DNA from: a virus
Lineage: Duplodnaviria > Caudoviricetes
IMG/VR virus record: IMGVR_UViG_3300047585_000006
Location: 1 to 58,092 of that record
Direction: 5' to 3' (one strand)
Length of the DNA: 58,092 nt
A program made the translations under genes and the position numbers. The stretch's first letter is position 1, and each line of letters begins with the position of its first letter. This document shows, piece after piece, positions 47,596 to 55,770 of this stretch. The notes below the pieces were generated by a model. It ran no database searches. It saw nothing but the letters and a program-made list of their open reading frames with translations, and was not told the origin of the DNA.

Positions 47596-47736
47596 TTACA
47601 ACTTCTTAACGTCCGCTTTGGCGTCCGCTTCAACCTTGGCCCCTTCTTTCGAGAACCAAGACTTGACTTCACGCGAAACCGAAGGAGTAAAAACTCCTAC
47701 AAGATACGCGGCGGCTGCAAATAGAATTGTGTGCAT
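47596..47736 (-). CDS. small membrane protein
   Basis: AAGGAG before ATG 47736; N-terminal TM segment. Confidence 0.6.
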   Translation of the reverse strand: MHTILFAAAAYLVGVFTPSVSREVKSWFSKEGAKVEADAKADVKKL

Positions 47737-47746
47737 GTTTTTCTCC

Positions 47747-48091
47747 TTATTCGTGTTCTGGTGCTTGCGACAGACCATCGCTTGCATGACTTCCCGCCGG
47801 AGGAACCGGATCGGTGTTTAGAGTCGAATAGGTGGAGACCAGTGCGTTGCCTACTGCACCGGGAGTTCCGTCCGCGACAATCTGGGCCGCACGTTGAACC
47901 GTCCCGTTGACCAGCTTCAAGCCAGCCTTGCCGGGAGGAACAGTGCCTAGAATTGTACCGCTGTCGTACGGCGTGATGCCCGTCGAAGTATCGACGTTGC
48001 TATTAGTCGCCGCCAATTGATATTGCTGTACGATGCCTGCGGGTTGCTGACCGGATGCCGCCGCACCATTGGGTTCTAAAATTGCCGCCAT
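47747..48091 (-). CDS. hypothetical protein
   Basis: ORF within the operon; ends HASDGLSQAPEHE. Confidence 0.65.
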   Translation of the reverse strand: MAAILEPNGAAASGQQPAGIVQQYQLAATNSNVDTSTGITPYDSGTILGTVPPGKAGLKLVNGTVQRAAQIVADGTPGAVGNALVSTYSTLNTDPVPPAGSHASDGLSQAPEHE

Positions 48092-48095
48092 GAGA

Positions 48096-48413
48096 TTAAC
48101 CTTTCCATTCCTGCGTTAGCCCATCGGCCTGATATAACTGGCCTGCGATACGCAAACTTCCACCGCGTGCAGCAGGCTTAAAAGCTACCTTCGCGGGAAC
48201 CGCTGCCGGAGCCGGAGTCACTGCGGGTGCAGGTGCGACTGGTGCGACTGGTGCGGGTACTTCCTCGGCCTTGACTTCGGCCTCAACCTTTTCTGCTTCT
48301 TTTTCGGTGGACGTAAAAGCATCGACTACGGCCTGTTTAACGCCAGCTTCAACTTTTTCTGCCTCAGCCAGCAACTTTGCGGCTTCGGCTTTCAAATCAT
48401 CAACGATGCTCAT
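48096..48413 (-). CDS. Ala/Glu/Pro-rich protein with C-terminal YQADGLTQEW motif
   Basis: Coiled coil, AP linker, shared motif. Confidence 0.7.
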   Translation of the reverse strand: MSIVDDLKAEAAKLLAEAEKVEAGVKQAVVDAFTSTEKEAEKVEAEVKAEEVPAPVAPVAPAPAVTPAPAAVPAKVAFKPAARGGSLRIAGQLYQADGLTQEWKG

Positions 48414-48415
48414 GA

Positions 48416-49087
48416 TTATCCCCTGTTGTTCCAGTCTATAGTTAATCCGTCCTTCGCATACTTTATGCGTTGTGGTTGGTTCGCTATACGCTGGTTAATT
48501 TCATCTTGCGTCATGCCGTGATTCGCCATCGGGTAAATCACGAGTGGCCGAACTTTCGGCAGAGCTTGGTACGGATACAACTTCTTCAGAGCTTCGACAA
48601 CTTGACCGTCTGCTGAATAGTCACAATTGTCAGGGAACTTGATGCCCGTGTCCCGGCGATAGATGAACATTGCAGACCCGGTCAAACCAATGCCGGGAGG
48701 ATCACGATGTTCCCTCTTGCCCCGAGCGAGTACCGGATAAATTGCCCATACCCAGGTAACACACTCCAGCGTTCTGAGAACATCTGCGTCTGCATAGTAA
48801 TCGTCGTCATCAATCTGGCAGATGAACTCGCCGGATGTCAGATCGAACGCTTCGCGTCTTGCGAAGTTACCAAAATCTTTTGGGTGTTTCGTGCGTGAGC
48901 AAGCAACGATCTTACGTCGCGGGTCTTTCTTAATCGAATCGAGAACGGCCTGCTCTTTGCGGGTGATGACACAGTCGGTGACGATTATGTGCTCCCACGA
49001 GTCGGAACTCTGACTGTCGATAGAGTCGCACAAACGTTTGAGTGTCGGTCGGCAGAGTGTAGGAGTGATAATCGAATATCTAGGCAT
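48416..49087 (-). CDS. glycosyltransferase family 2
   Basis: YSIITPT, IIVTD, GNFARREA...GEFICQIDDDDYY. Confidence 0.9.
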   Translation of the reverse strand: MPRYSIITPTLCRPTLKRLCDSIDSQSSDSWEHIIVTDCVITRKEQAVLDSIKKDPRRKIVACSRTKHPKDFGNFARREAFDLTSGEFICQIDDDDYYADADVLRTLECVTWVWAIYPVLARGKREHRDPPGIGLTGSAMFIYRRDTGIKFPDNCDYSADGQVVEALKKLYPYQALPKVRPLVIYPMANHGMTQDEINQRIANQPQRIKYAKDGLTIDWNNRG

Positions 49088-49487
49088 TGGAATGCCTCTT
49101 AACGTATTCGATTGCACGCTGCATCAACTCGATATCATCACCAAACATGCCCAGCCCACTGTTGCACGCACGACACAACATTTCACGAACTTTCTTAGTC
49201 GTATGATCGTGGTCAACAAACAACTTTTCGCACGGGCGTTTACAGAGGCTACAACGACCATCTGCGTCCTTCAACATTTTCTCATATTGTTGAGGGGTTA
49301 ATCCGTAACGGATGCGAAGGTGCCAATTCTTGATCCCCTCCGCAATTTTGATTTTCGCAACCGTCGTATTTTGAGTTGCCTTCTTACAAGTCTTACAATA
49401 CCTTTGTCCCGTTGCGGGACGTTGATAAGTGTTCTCGGGCGTAAGTTCGTGTCCCTTGAAACAGTGGGTACGTCGTTTTCCTGCCAT
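49080..49487 (-). CDS. endonuclease VII-like HNH endonuclease
   Basis: CFKGHELTPEN, YGLT, VDHDH, LCRACNSGLG. Confidence 0.92.
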   Translation of the reverse strand: MAGKRRTHCFKGHELTPENTYQRPATGQRYCKTCKKATQNTTVAKIKIAEGIKNWHLRIRYGLTPQQYEKMLKDADGRCSLCKRPCEKLFVDHDHTTKKVREMLCRACNSGLGMFGDDIELMQRAIEYVKRHSNA

Positions 49488-49498
49488 ATAGGTTTCTC

Positions 49499-50452
49499 CT
49501 AACCTACATTATGCATTTCAAACCAATCTAAAGTCAACCCATCAGCAGCATACTTTGTAAGGTTTCCCCTCTTAGATTTTCTTGAGGGCTTGACTTCAGC
49601 CGCGTCGTTCTCGACAGGCCACGGTAGCGTCCAGCGGTCGCTAATCTTGGATCGCCACGCGTTGCCGCGTTCATACTGATGGACGACGCAATAAGGCGTG
49701 TCGCTTCCGAACGGGTACGCGATACCGTCGCGTAGTTCCGGCGGCGTAGGAACGAGGTTGGAATTTCTTCCGATGGGTTGGTCCGGGTTGCCGTTGCAAT
49801 TCCCGATCAACCACCAACCGGAGGTCATGATGAACCCTTCGTCTGCACGAGGGATTCTCATTTCGTCCTTGAACTCCGTTCGCAAGAGAACGTTGAGTGC
49901 TGCTTGGTCGTCACCGAATCGGTCGGTCGATGATTCGTAGATGCGGGAGACGATGCGGTGTACCGCGTCGGCCTCTCCCGCGATAGTGCCAGCACAAACG
50001 ACTTCTTCGTTCTGAAGCGTGTCGAGAGTCTGCTGGCCGTAGAGTTTGACGATCCACGCGGGGTTACAGAACTCGTTGCGGTAAAGAATGAACTCGCTGG
50101 CACCGAAGAGTTTCGCGGTCTGCTGTTCCATCCACGGAGACGGATCACGTTGGAACACGACATCGCGTACATCACAGTGTATAATGTACCGAATGTCTTT
50201 CTTGTTCACCGCTAGCCAGTCACGGAAGATTCTGAATCGCTCGATGACGGTGTTGTTTCCGGTGCTGACGTAATCGACAAGTTCAAATCCGAGGCGGGTG
50301 AGGGTTTCTCGGGCTGTTCGGGTGATGTCACAGACAAAGAGGATTTTTCGTCCACGGAAGCCGGACTCGCTGAGGGAGACGGCGTAGTTTTTGAAACTGG
50401 CCCATCCGTATCCTTTGGCTGTTCCAATGACGACATCGTTCGTAGCGTCCAT
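49499..50452 (-). CDS. GT-A fold glycosyltransferase-like protein
   Basis: ERF, HCDVRDVVFQRDP, CAGTIAG, DDQAALN, VVHQYER. Confidence 0.8.
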   Translation of the reverse strand: MDATNDVVIGTAKGYGWASFKNYAVSLSESGFRGRKILFVCDITRTARETLTRLGFELVDYVSTGNNTVIERFRIFRDWLAVNKKDIRYIIHCDVRDVVFQRDPSPWMEQQTAKLFGASEFILYRNEFCNPAWIVKLYGQQTLDTLQNEEVVCAGTIAGEADAVHRIVSRIYESSTDRFGDDQAALNVLLRTEFKDEMRIPRADEGFIMTSGWWLIGNCNGNPDQPIGRNSNLVPTPPELRDGIAYPFGSDTPYCVVHQYERGNAWRSKISDRWTLPWPVENDAAEVKPSRKSKRGNLTKYAADGLTLDWFEMHNVG

Positions 50453-51129
50453 AGGCTCCTCATAATGCTGGGCGTACAAGAGTGAATCGAAGCGTATTTC
50501 GCATCAGCAAGAGTCGCACGATATTCATCATTAAAGCCATGCCGAATGCTGTCGATGCAGTGACGAGAAATACCGTTCGTCTTCATCGCATCGCCGATCC
50601 ACAAGTCGTCAGCGACAGAGGTAATCTGGGCCGACACGAGAATTCCCATTGCTCTGCTGCTCAGAAAGACACATGAGCCCGGTGCGAATGATCCCTGTAG
50701 TCCGCCAGAATAATCATGGCCTGTGAAGTCAGTCGCAAATAGTCGGTCGGGATATATGAAGGTGTCGTCATCCACGAGGCAGACGTAATCGTACTCGTGT
50801 GCGAGTGCGTACTTGCAAATCGCTTTGACCTTCTGCGAGTTCGCAGTGTACTGGTCGCTGCACGGCAAGAACACTTCGTCTGCGGAGGGTTCACGCATGA
50901 CGTTGAGGTTCGGGTTGACTCGACGCTCAGGATTCGAGCGGAGCCGGGAGCCGTAGAAGAACTTGTAGTCGATGTCGCCAAGGCCGCTGATGAACGTCTC
51001 ACGCTGGGCTGCGACACGCTCAGGCTGGTTTGTGTGGCGAAGGCCACGCTGATTCAACCAGTCGATTGTTTGATCGTCGAAAAAATAATCCAGACGATGA
51101 CACGTCTTCACTGCGACAAGAATCTTCAT
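50212..51129 (-). CDS. GT31/Fringe-like glycosyltransferase
   Basis: ILVAVKT, DQY...KV, YDYVCLVDDDTFI, FLSSRAM, ADDLWIG. Confidence 0.8.
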   Translation of the reverse strand: MKILVAVKTCHRLDYFFDDQTIDWLNQRGLRHTNQPERVAAQRETFISGLGDIDYKFFYGSRLRSNPERRVNPNLNVMREPSADEVFLPCSDQYTANSQKVKAICKYALAHEYDYVCLVDDDTFIYPDRLFATDFTGHDYSGGLQGSFAPGSCVFLSSRAMGILVSAQITSVADDLWIGDAMKTNGISRHCIDSIRHGFNDEYRATLADAKYASIHSCTPSIMRSLWTLRTMSSLEQPKDTDGPVSKTTPSPSASPASVDEKSSLSVTSPEQPEKPSPASDLNLSITSAPETTPSSSDSESSVTG

Positions 51130-51168
51130 TGCTCCTCCAGAAAAGTCAAAGGGCTTGCTCAACACTTA

Positions 51169-51582
51169 TTATACCCGTCCCTCTGCTTTTCGTCGTGCCA
51201 TCAACCACACCATTTCATCGAACGTAAGCGTATCCCGTTTGATATCATTGCATTCTGCACAACAGGGAGCGGAGTTTTCAAGGGTATATCCGAGAGTGTT
51301 ATCTTTGCGGTCAACGCCATGTCCAAAATCGGGTAGTATCCGGGAACAGTAACTGCAGATACCTGTCGATATGATGGCTGAATATTCATCAAGAGTTATG
51401 GAAACCTCAAGACTTCGTCGCAACGCTCCTTGAATTAGAATTTTGAATCGGGTTTTGAGTGAGGGTTTGTAACCTGATTTGCGACAGTTACTCGGCCACG
51501 AAGCCCGGAGGACCTTGTATCGCTCTGTTTGACGATATTTTCTACCGTGTTGTATCGCATCATCATGGTTTTTATAGGCCAT
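51169..51582 (-). CDS. HNH-type endonuclease
   Basis: CSYC, GVDRKDNTLGYTLENSAPCCAECNDIK. Confidence 0.88.
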   Translation of the reverse strand: MAYKNHDDAIQHGRKYRQTERYKVLRASWPSNCRKSGYKPSLKTRFKILIQGALRRSLEVSITLDEYSAIISTGICSYCSRILPDFGHGVDRKDNTLGYTLENSAPCCAECNDIKRDTLTFDEMVWLMARRKAEGRV

Positions 51583-51590
51583 AGGACTCT

Positions 51591-51636
51591 CCCTAAAGAG
51601 TCAGAGCGGCAGCATATTAGGGTATGCTGCCGCTCT
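51591..51636 (-). promoter_or_regulatory. hairpin with loop complementary to the RBS region (putative pseudoknot)
   Basis: AGAGCGGCAGCATA-CCCTAA-TATGCTGCCGCTCT...TTAGGG-AG. Confidence 0.75.
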
Positions 51637-51939
51637 TGGGTGGGCTAGAAGCCCAATCTCGGTGGTGTGCCGACCGTGAGGCCGACAGGAGGAGTTCACC
51701 ACCGTTTCGCGTTAGAATTTTGACCGTTTTACTGTGTTTGACCCAACTTCCGTTATCGTCAATCCGAGGGCACGGCCAGCCAAAAATAAATATCGTGATT
51801 TTCACAGAGTTTCAGCCACAAGGTCGTAATTCTCAAACTGAGACACTTCGCCTATGACTGCTAACCTGTTGAAAGGAAAGATAGTTGACTCTTATTCGGA
51901 GCACTCCTCTTTTTCTTCCCTCTCTCTCCTTCTTTACGC

Positions 51940-52152
51940 TCAGTCGCATTGATCCTTGGGTTCCGTCCGCCCTGTCTCATTTTGAGAACGGGCTTCCTGA
52001 ATCTTGTCAAGTTGTTGAGAATCACCAACATAGACCACCTTGTCGGCGTTCAATCCTCGACTCATTGATAGCCCTTCCTCGACCAACAGCCTGTTCCAGT
52101 ATTCTGTTGATCCGTAGTCTAATTCCTTTAGAGCCTTACGTTTACGAGCCAC
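51940..52152 (-). CDS. hypothetical protein
   Basis: GAGG RBS, GTG start, 70 aa. Confidence 0.55.
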   Translation of the reverse strand: MARKRKALKELDYGSTEYWNRLLVEEGLSMSRGLNADKVVYVGDSQQLDKIQEARSQNETGRTEPKDQCD

Positions 52153-52171
52153 TTCGCCTCATCTCTGCCGA

Positions 52172-52369
52172 CTATTCGTCGAGCGGATTCAACTTTCTGA
52201 CTTCCCACACCTTCTCGCCCAGTGTTGGGTTGTCGAAGATCACCGCCTGATATCCCGTGATCGAGACTTTGCCCGATTCATCCTTGTCTTCGGTTTTGGT
52301 CAATTCACCAGTGATGGTGCCCGCCCCAGTGAAACTAGATGTCACACGCTGCCCTATGTCAAATGCCAT
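52172..52369 (-). CDS. small beta-rich hypothetical protein
   Basis: GGAGG before ATG 52369; first gene behind the leftward promoter. Confidence 0.65.
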   Translation of the reverse strand: MAFDIGQRVTSSFTGAGTITGELTKTEDKDESGKVSITGYQAVIFDNPTLGEKVWEVRKLNPLDE

Positions 52370-52388
52370 GTGTCCCTCCACTGAAACC

Positions 52389-52417
52389 AGAGTAACACGT
52401 CCACTACTGGATTGCAA
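52389..52417 (-). promoter_or_regulatory. leftward sigma70-like promoter
   Basis: TTGCAA-N17-TACTCT with TG extension. Confidence 0.6.
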
Positions 52418-52441
52418 GCAAAAGTTTTTCTGAGAAAAAAC

Positions 52442-52470
52442 TTGACAAGCGTGCGGCACTAGGGTAATCT
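52442..52470 (+). promoter_or_regulatory. rightward sigma70-like promoter for the replication module
   Basis: TTGACA-N17-TAATCT at the strand switch. Confidence 0.75.
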
Positions 52471-52541
52471 GGTTATGTGGACGAGCAGTAGTGTGTCCGC
52501 TGTAGTACCCATTCGCCTATTGAGGCAGAAAAGAGAATCAG

Positions 52542-52952
52542 ATGAGCAAAGTTGTAATCAAGGATAAGATTTATGAACAAATGTCCGAAGGTCTGCACAA
52601 CGTGATTATCACGAAGTACGATGACCTCGGCCTGCAAGACACGCAGTTTGGCACCAAGGACCGCGTCCGCATCGTGTTCCAAGCTCAGGATCAAAAGGAC
52701 AGCAAGACCGGAGAGCCGATCAACGTCTTCATGACCGCGACCAAGTCCCTCCATTCCAAATCCCAGCTTGGCAAGTTGCTGGCGACCCTGAAGATTCCCG
52801 CCGGGGCCGAGTTCGACATGGATGACCTCGTTGGCGTCAAGTGCCAAGTCGTGATCCAGCATAAGGAGAGCGAGGGCAAGACGTACGCCAACATCGCTAC
52901 CGTGCTGCCCCGCACTGCTGCGGCTCCCGCCAAGGTTGCAGAGAACTTCTAA
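52542..52952 (+). CDS. putative ssDNA-binding (OB-fold-like) protein
   Basis: EGLHNVII...DMDDLVGVKCQVVI...KTYANI; upstream of the primase. Confidence 0.6.
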   Translation: MSKVVIKDKIYEQMSEGLHNVIITKYDDLGLQDTQFGTKDRVRIVFQAQDQKDSKTGEPINVFMTATKSLHSKSQLGKLLATLKIPAGAEFDMDDLVGVKCQVVIQHKESEGKTYANIATVLPRTAAAPAKVAENF

Positions 52953-53028
52953 CCGTCAAGCCCACCGTGTACTAAATAGACGCCTTCGGTGCCAATCGAG
53001 GCGTCTATGTTTATTGTTCGGAGGTTGG

Positions 53029-53517
53029 ATGACGGCGAAAGAACGAACCCGCTTATGGAGATTAGCCAACCCTAAGCGTGCGAGGGAATCGTGCAAAAAC
53101 TGGCAAAAGAAAAATCGGGAACGAGTTGCTGCGGCGAATAAAATTTGGCGTACCCGAAACGCTGCAAAAATTAAACGACGCCGCCAATTAGATGCTCCTC
53201 GACAAAGACAAAACAAAAAGATGTGGGCACTCAATAATCCTTTCAAATTGAAGATGGGCTACGTTCGTCGAATGTTACGACGTGCAGGATGTCCCGAGAT
53301 TGAGATCACAAAGGCGATGCTTGCATGGGCGGCATTCGCAGGAATATGTCACGCATGTAACACCGCGTGTTCCCGAGTTTGGGTAACCGATCACGATCAC
53401 ACAAAATTAACCTTTCGGGGAATAGTCGGAAATGGTTGTAATCATGCCTTGGGTAAAGTGCAATACGATCCCAATAGGCTTCGTGCGTTAGCATCGTATC
53501 TAGAAAGCCACTCATGA
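53029..53517 (+). CDS. endonuclease VII-like HNH endonuclease
   Basis: CHAC, DHDH, FRGIVGNGCNHALG; GGAGG before ATG 53029. Confidence 0.85.
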   Translation: MTAKERTRLWRLANPKRARESCKNWQKKNRERVAAANKIWRTRNAAKIKRRRQLDAPRQRQNKKMWALNNPFKLKMGYVRRMLRRAGCPEIEITKAMLAWAAFAGICHACNTACSRVWVTDHDHTKLTFRGIVGNGCNHALGKVQYDPNRLRALASYLESHS

Positions 53518-55607
53518 GCGATCCTCTTCTGATTTCTAAACTAAAAGCGAGTGCCGAAGACGCCTTGGCCCGAGGATTCAGTATTCTCGCATGTGAACCA
53601 CACGAGAAAAATCCTTTCGTAAAATATAGTCCACATGCTGTCAATTCCGCGACCAACGATCCATCCATCGCCCTCCGTCCGTGGTTAGACGGTTTTGAGT
53701 CGAATTATGGGGTGGCCTGTGGAAAGAGTAATCTAACCGTCATTGACTGCGATAGTGGATTAGCTGATGAACAGGCTCTATTCGCATGGATGCAAAAACT
53801 GGGGTTGCCCGAAACCTTTATCGTCCGTTCTGGGCGAAAAACTGCGGCGGGGTTCCACCTTTATTATTCGGGAGCCGTAGCCACAACTGGCTATCAAATT
53901 GATGGCGTCGTGGGAGAACTGCGTGGGCACGGGGCTTACGTTGTAGGTCCGGGTTCCCTCCATCCGTCAGATGATTTCTACACGATCATCAAAAACATTC
54001 CGTGTGCATCGCTCCCCGAGAACATGGTTCAACTCGCGGCGATGAAGCACAAGACGATGGCTGACTTTAAGCCGGGTGACGGCAATCTCATTCCCGAAGG
54101 CAATCGGTGGAATCACCTTCAATCGAAAGCTGGCAAGCTCAAAAACCTCGGCCTCGGTGAAGAAGCGATCTACGTTGCACTGAAAGATTTTTGTTCCAAC
54201 CATTGCGAGAATGGCGACAGTTATCCCGAAGAGAAGATTCGCAACCTCGCAGAGTGGGCCGCGAGTGACGAGTGCGAAGCCTCGCCAACAGTGGGGATTA
54301 TCACTTGCGGTTCGCCTGATCCTGAAGCGTCATCGGGTATTCCTGACATCCCGCTCGAAACTATCGACGGGGATTATGTCGGAGATTTATCCACCGCGAT
54401 CACTGAAGGGACGTTCGTTCCCGTTTCGTTTGCTCGTGCCGATCTGAAGACCATCATGGGAGCGATGCTCGATGGCAACATTGTATTCCCCGGCGAAGAA
54501 ACGCTTCACATGCGACACTGGACAGGCATCATCTCGACTCGACCCGAATCAGGTAAGAGCGTCTGCTGGAATCGTTGCGTGATCTTACTTGCCGACTTGA
54601 TGGCCAAGCACGATGTCAAGTTTCCTCCGGCGGGATTCTTTTCATCCGGCGAACATGCAATCAAAGTTTTGTCGGAGAATGACAACAAGAGTCACGTTCT
54701 CTACTTCGACGAGATGAAAACGCTCTTTGAAAAGGGCAACGGTGCAGGCTCGACTCTGTTTCCGAAATTGCTTGAGCTATATGAGCAAAAGGCGTCAGCC
54801 GTTGGCAGTTTGACACACAATTCGTCGTCATTTTCCAACGTATCGCTCTCGATGGCCGGGAACTTTACGCGTGCAGGATACGACCGTGCTGTCGCAGGCA
54901 AAGGTGCTGGCGGTGACGGGTTCTTGTCACGCATGGTGCTCGACTTTAGTGAAGGTGTGAACTACCAAGGCGATTGGGCCGTGATGGACACGCACAAAGT
55001 AAATGCTGCGGTGAACAACATCGCGGAAGCCTTGAAGTGGCTCTTGCAATTCAAGGGCGATCACAATGGTCTGCCTTACGTCGCTCCCGAGGATGACGAC
55101 GCGAAAGACGCACGCATGTCTTTCCAAAAGTGGCTCGTCGCGGAGAAGTCACGCATTCAGCAAGACTCTCCCGATGCGAGTTACGCGTCACGTCTCGAAG
55201 CTCACTTCAAACGTGACTTGCTCATCCGTGTTGCATTCACGCCAGAGCGAAGAATCACCAAAGCTCTTGTCGAGAAGTCGTGGGCGTGGGCGAAACATCA
55301 ACTCATGTTGCGTGAGGAGCTATGGCCTGTGGATCAAGGCGGGGCAATCGAGAAATGCGAACAGAGAATCATCAAAGCGATCACCAAACAGGGTCCGCTC
55401 ACCAAGGCGGGCGTCCAAGCATTCAGCAATGCCGCGAAGTGCGACGGCGGGTTCATGGCGTGGAATCAGGCGTGGCGGAACCTCCTCCAAGCCGACAAAC
55501 TCACCGTCCTCAACCTCAAGAGCAACAGGGGCAAAGAGAAGTTCGGTTTCGACGATGCCATCTGGTCAAAGGACAAGAAAAAATGGCTTTTCGGGAGTGC
55601 GAATTGA
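53514..55607 (+). CDS. bifunctional primase-polymerase fused to a P-loop helicase-like domain
   Basis: NYGVACG...VIDCD, GFHLYY, YVVGPGSLHP; EGNRWN (PriCT-like); PESGKS, LYFDE. Confidence 0.88.
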   Translation: MSDPLLISKLKASAEDALARGFSILACEPHEKNPFVKYSPHAVNSATNDPSIALRPWLDGFESNYGVACGKSNLTVIDCDSGLADEQALFAWMQKLGLPETFIVRSGRKTAAGFHLYYSGAVATTGYQIDGVVGELRGHGAYVVGPGSLHPSDDFYTIIKNIPCASLPENMVQLAAMKHKTMADFKPGDGNLIPEGNRWNHLQSKAGKLKNLGLGEEAIYVALKDFCSNHCENGDSYPEEKIRNLAEWAASDECEASPTVGIITCGSPDPEASSGIPDIPLETIDGDYVGDLSTAITEGTFVPVSFARADLKTIMGAMLDGNIVFPGEETLHMRHWTGIISTRPESGKSVCWNRCVILLADLMAKHDVKFPPAGFFSSGEHAIKVLSENDNKSHVLYFDEMKTLFEKGNGAGSTLFPKLLELYEQKASAVGSLTHNSSSFSNVSLSMAGNFTRAGYDRAVAGKGAGGDGFLSRMVLDFSEGVNYQGDWAVMDTHKVNAAVNNIAEALKWLLQFKGDHNGLPYVAPEDDDAKDARMSFQKWLVAEKSRIQQDSPDASYASRLEAHFKRDLLIRVAFTPERRITKALVEKSWAWAKHQLMLREELWPVDQGGAIEKCEQRIIKAITKQGPLTKAGVQAFSNAAKCDGGFMAWNQAWRNLLQADKLTVLNLKSNRGKEKFGFDDAIWSKDKKKWLFGSAN

Positions 55608-55766
55608 ACGTAGTAGTTTAATAGCCCTTAGCCCCCTATACGCGAAAGAACTTTTTTTCAACAGGTTACAGACGGGGTGGTGGGCATACTACTTACTAGA
55701 TTCGTTTTTCGGGGCCTAAGTTGTTGATTCTAAAGGGCAACGAACGTAGTAAACTGATTCTAAAGG
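55606..55766. repeat. AT-rich intergenic region with short direct repeats, possible origin
   Basis: gaacgtagta at 55606 and 55742; tgattctaaagg at 55725 and 55755. Confidence 0.45.
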
Positions 55767-55770
55767 ACTT

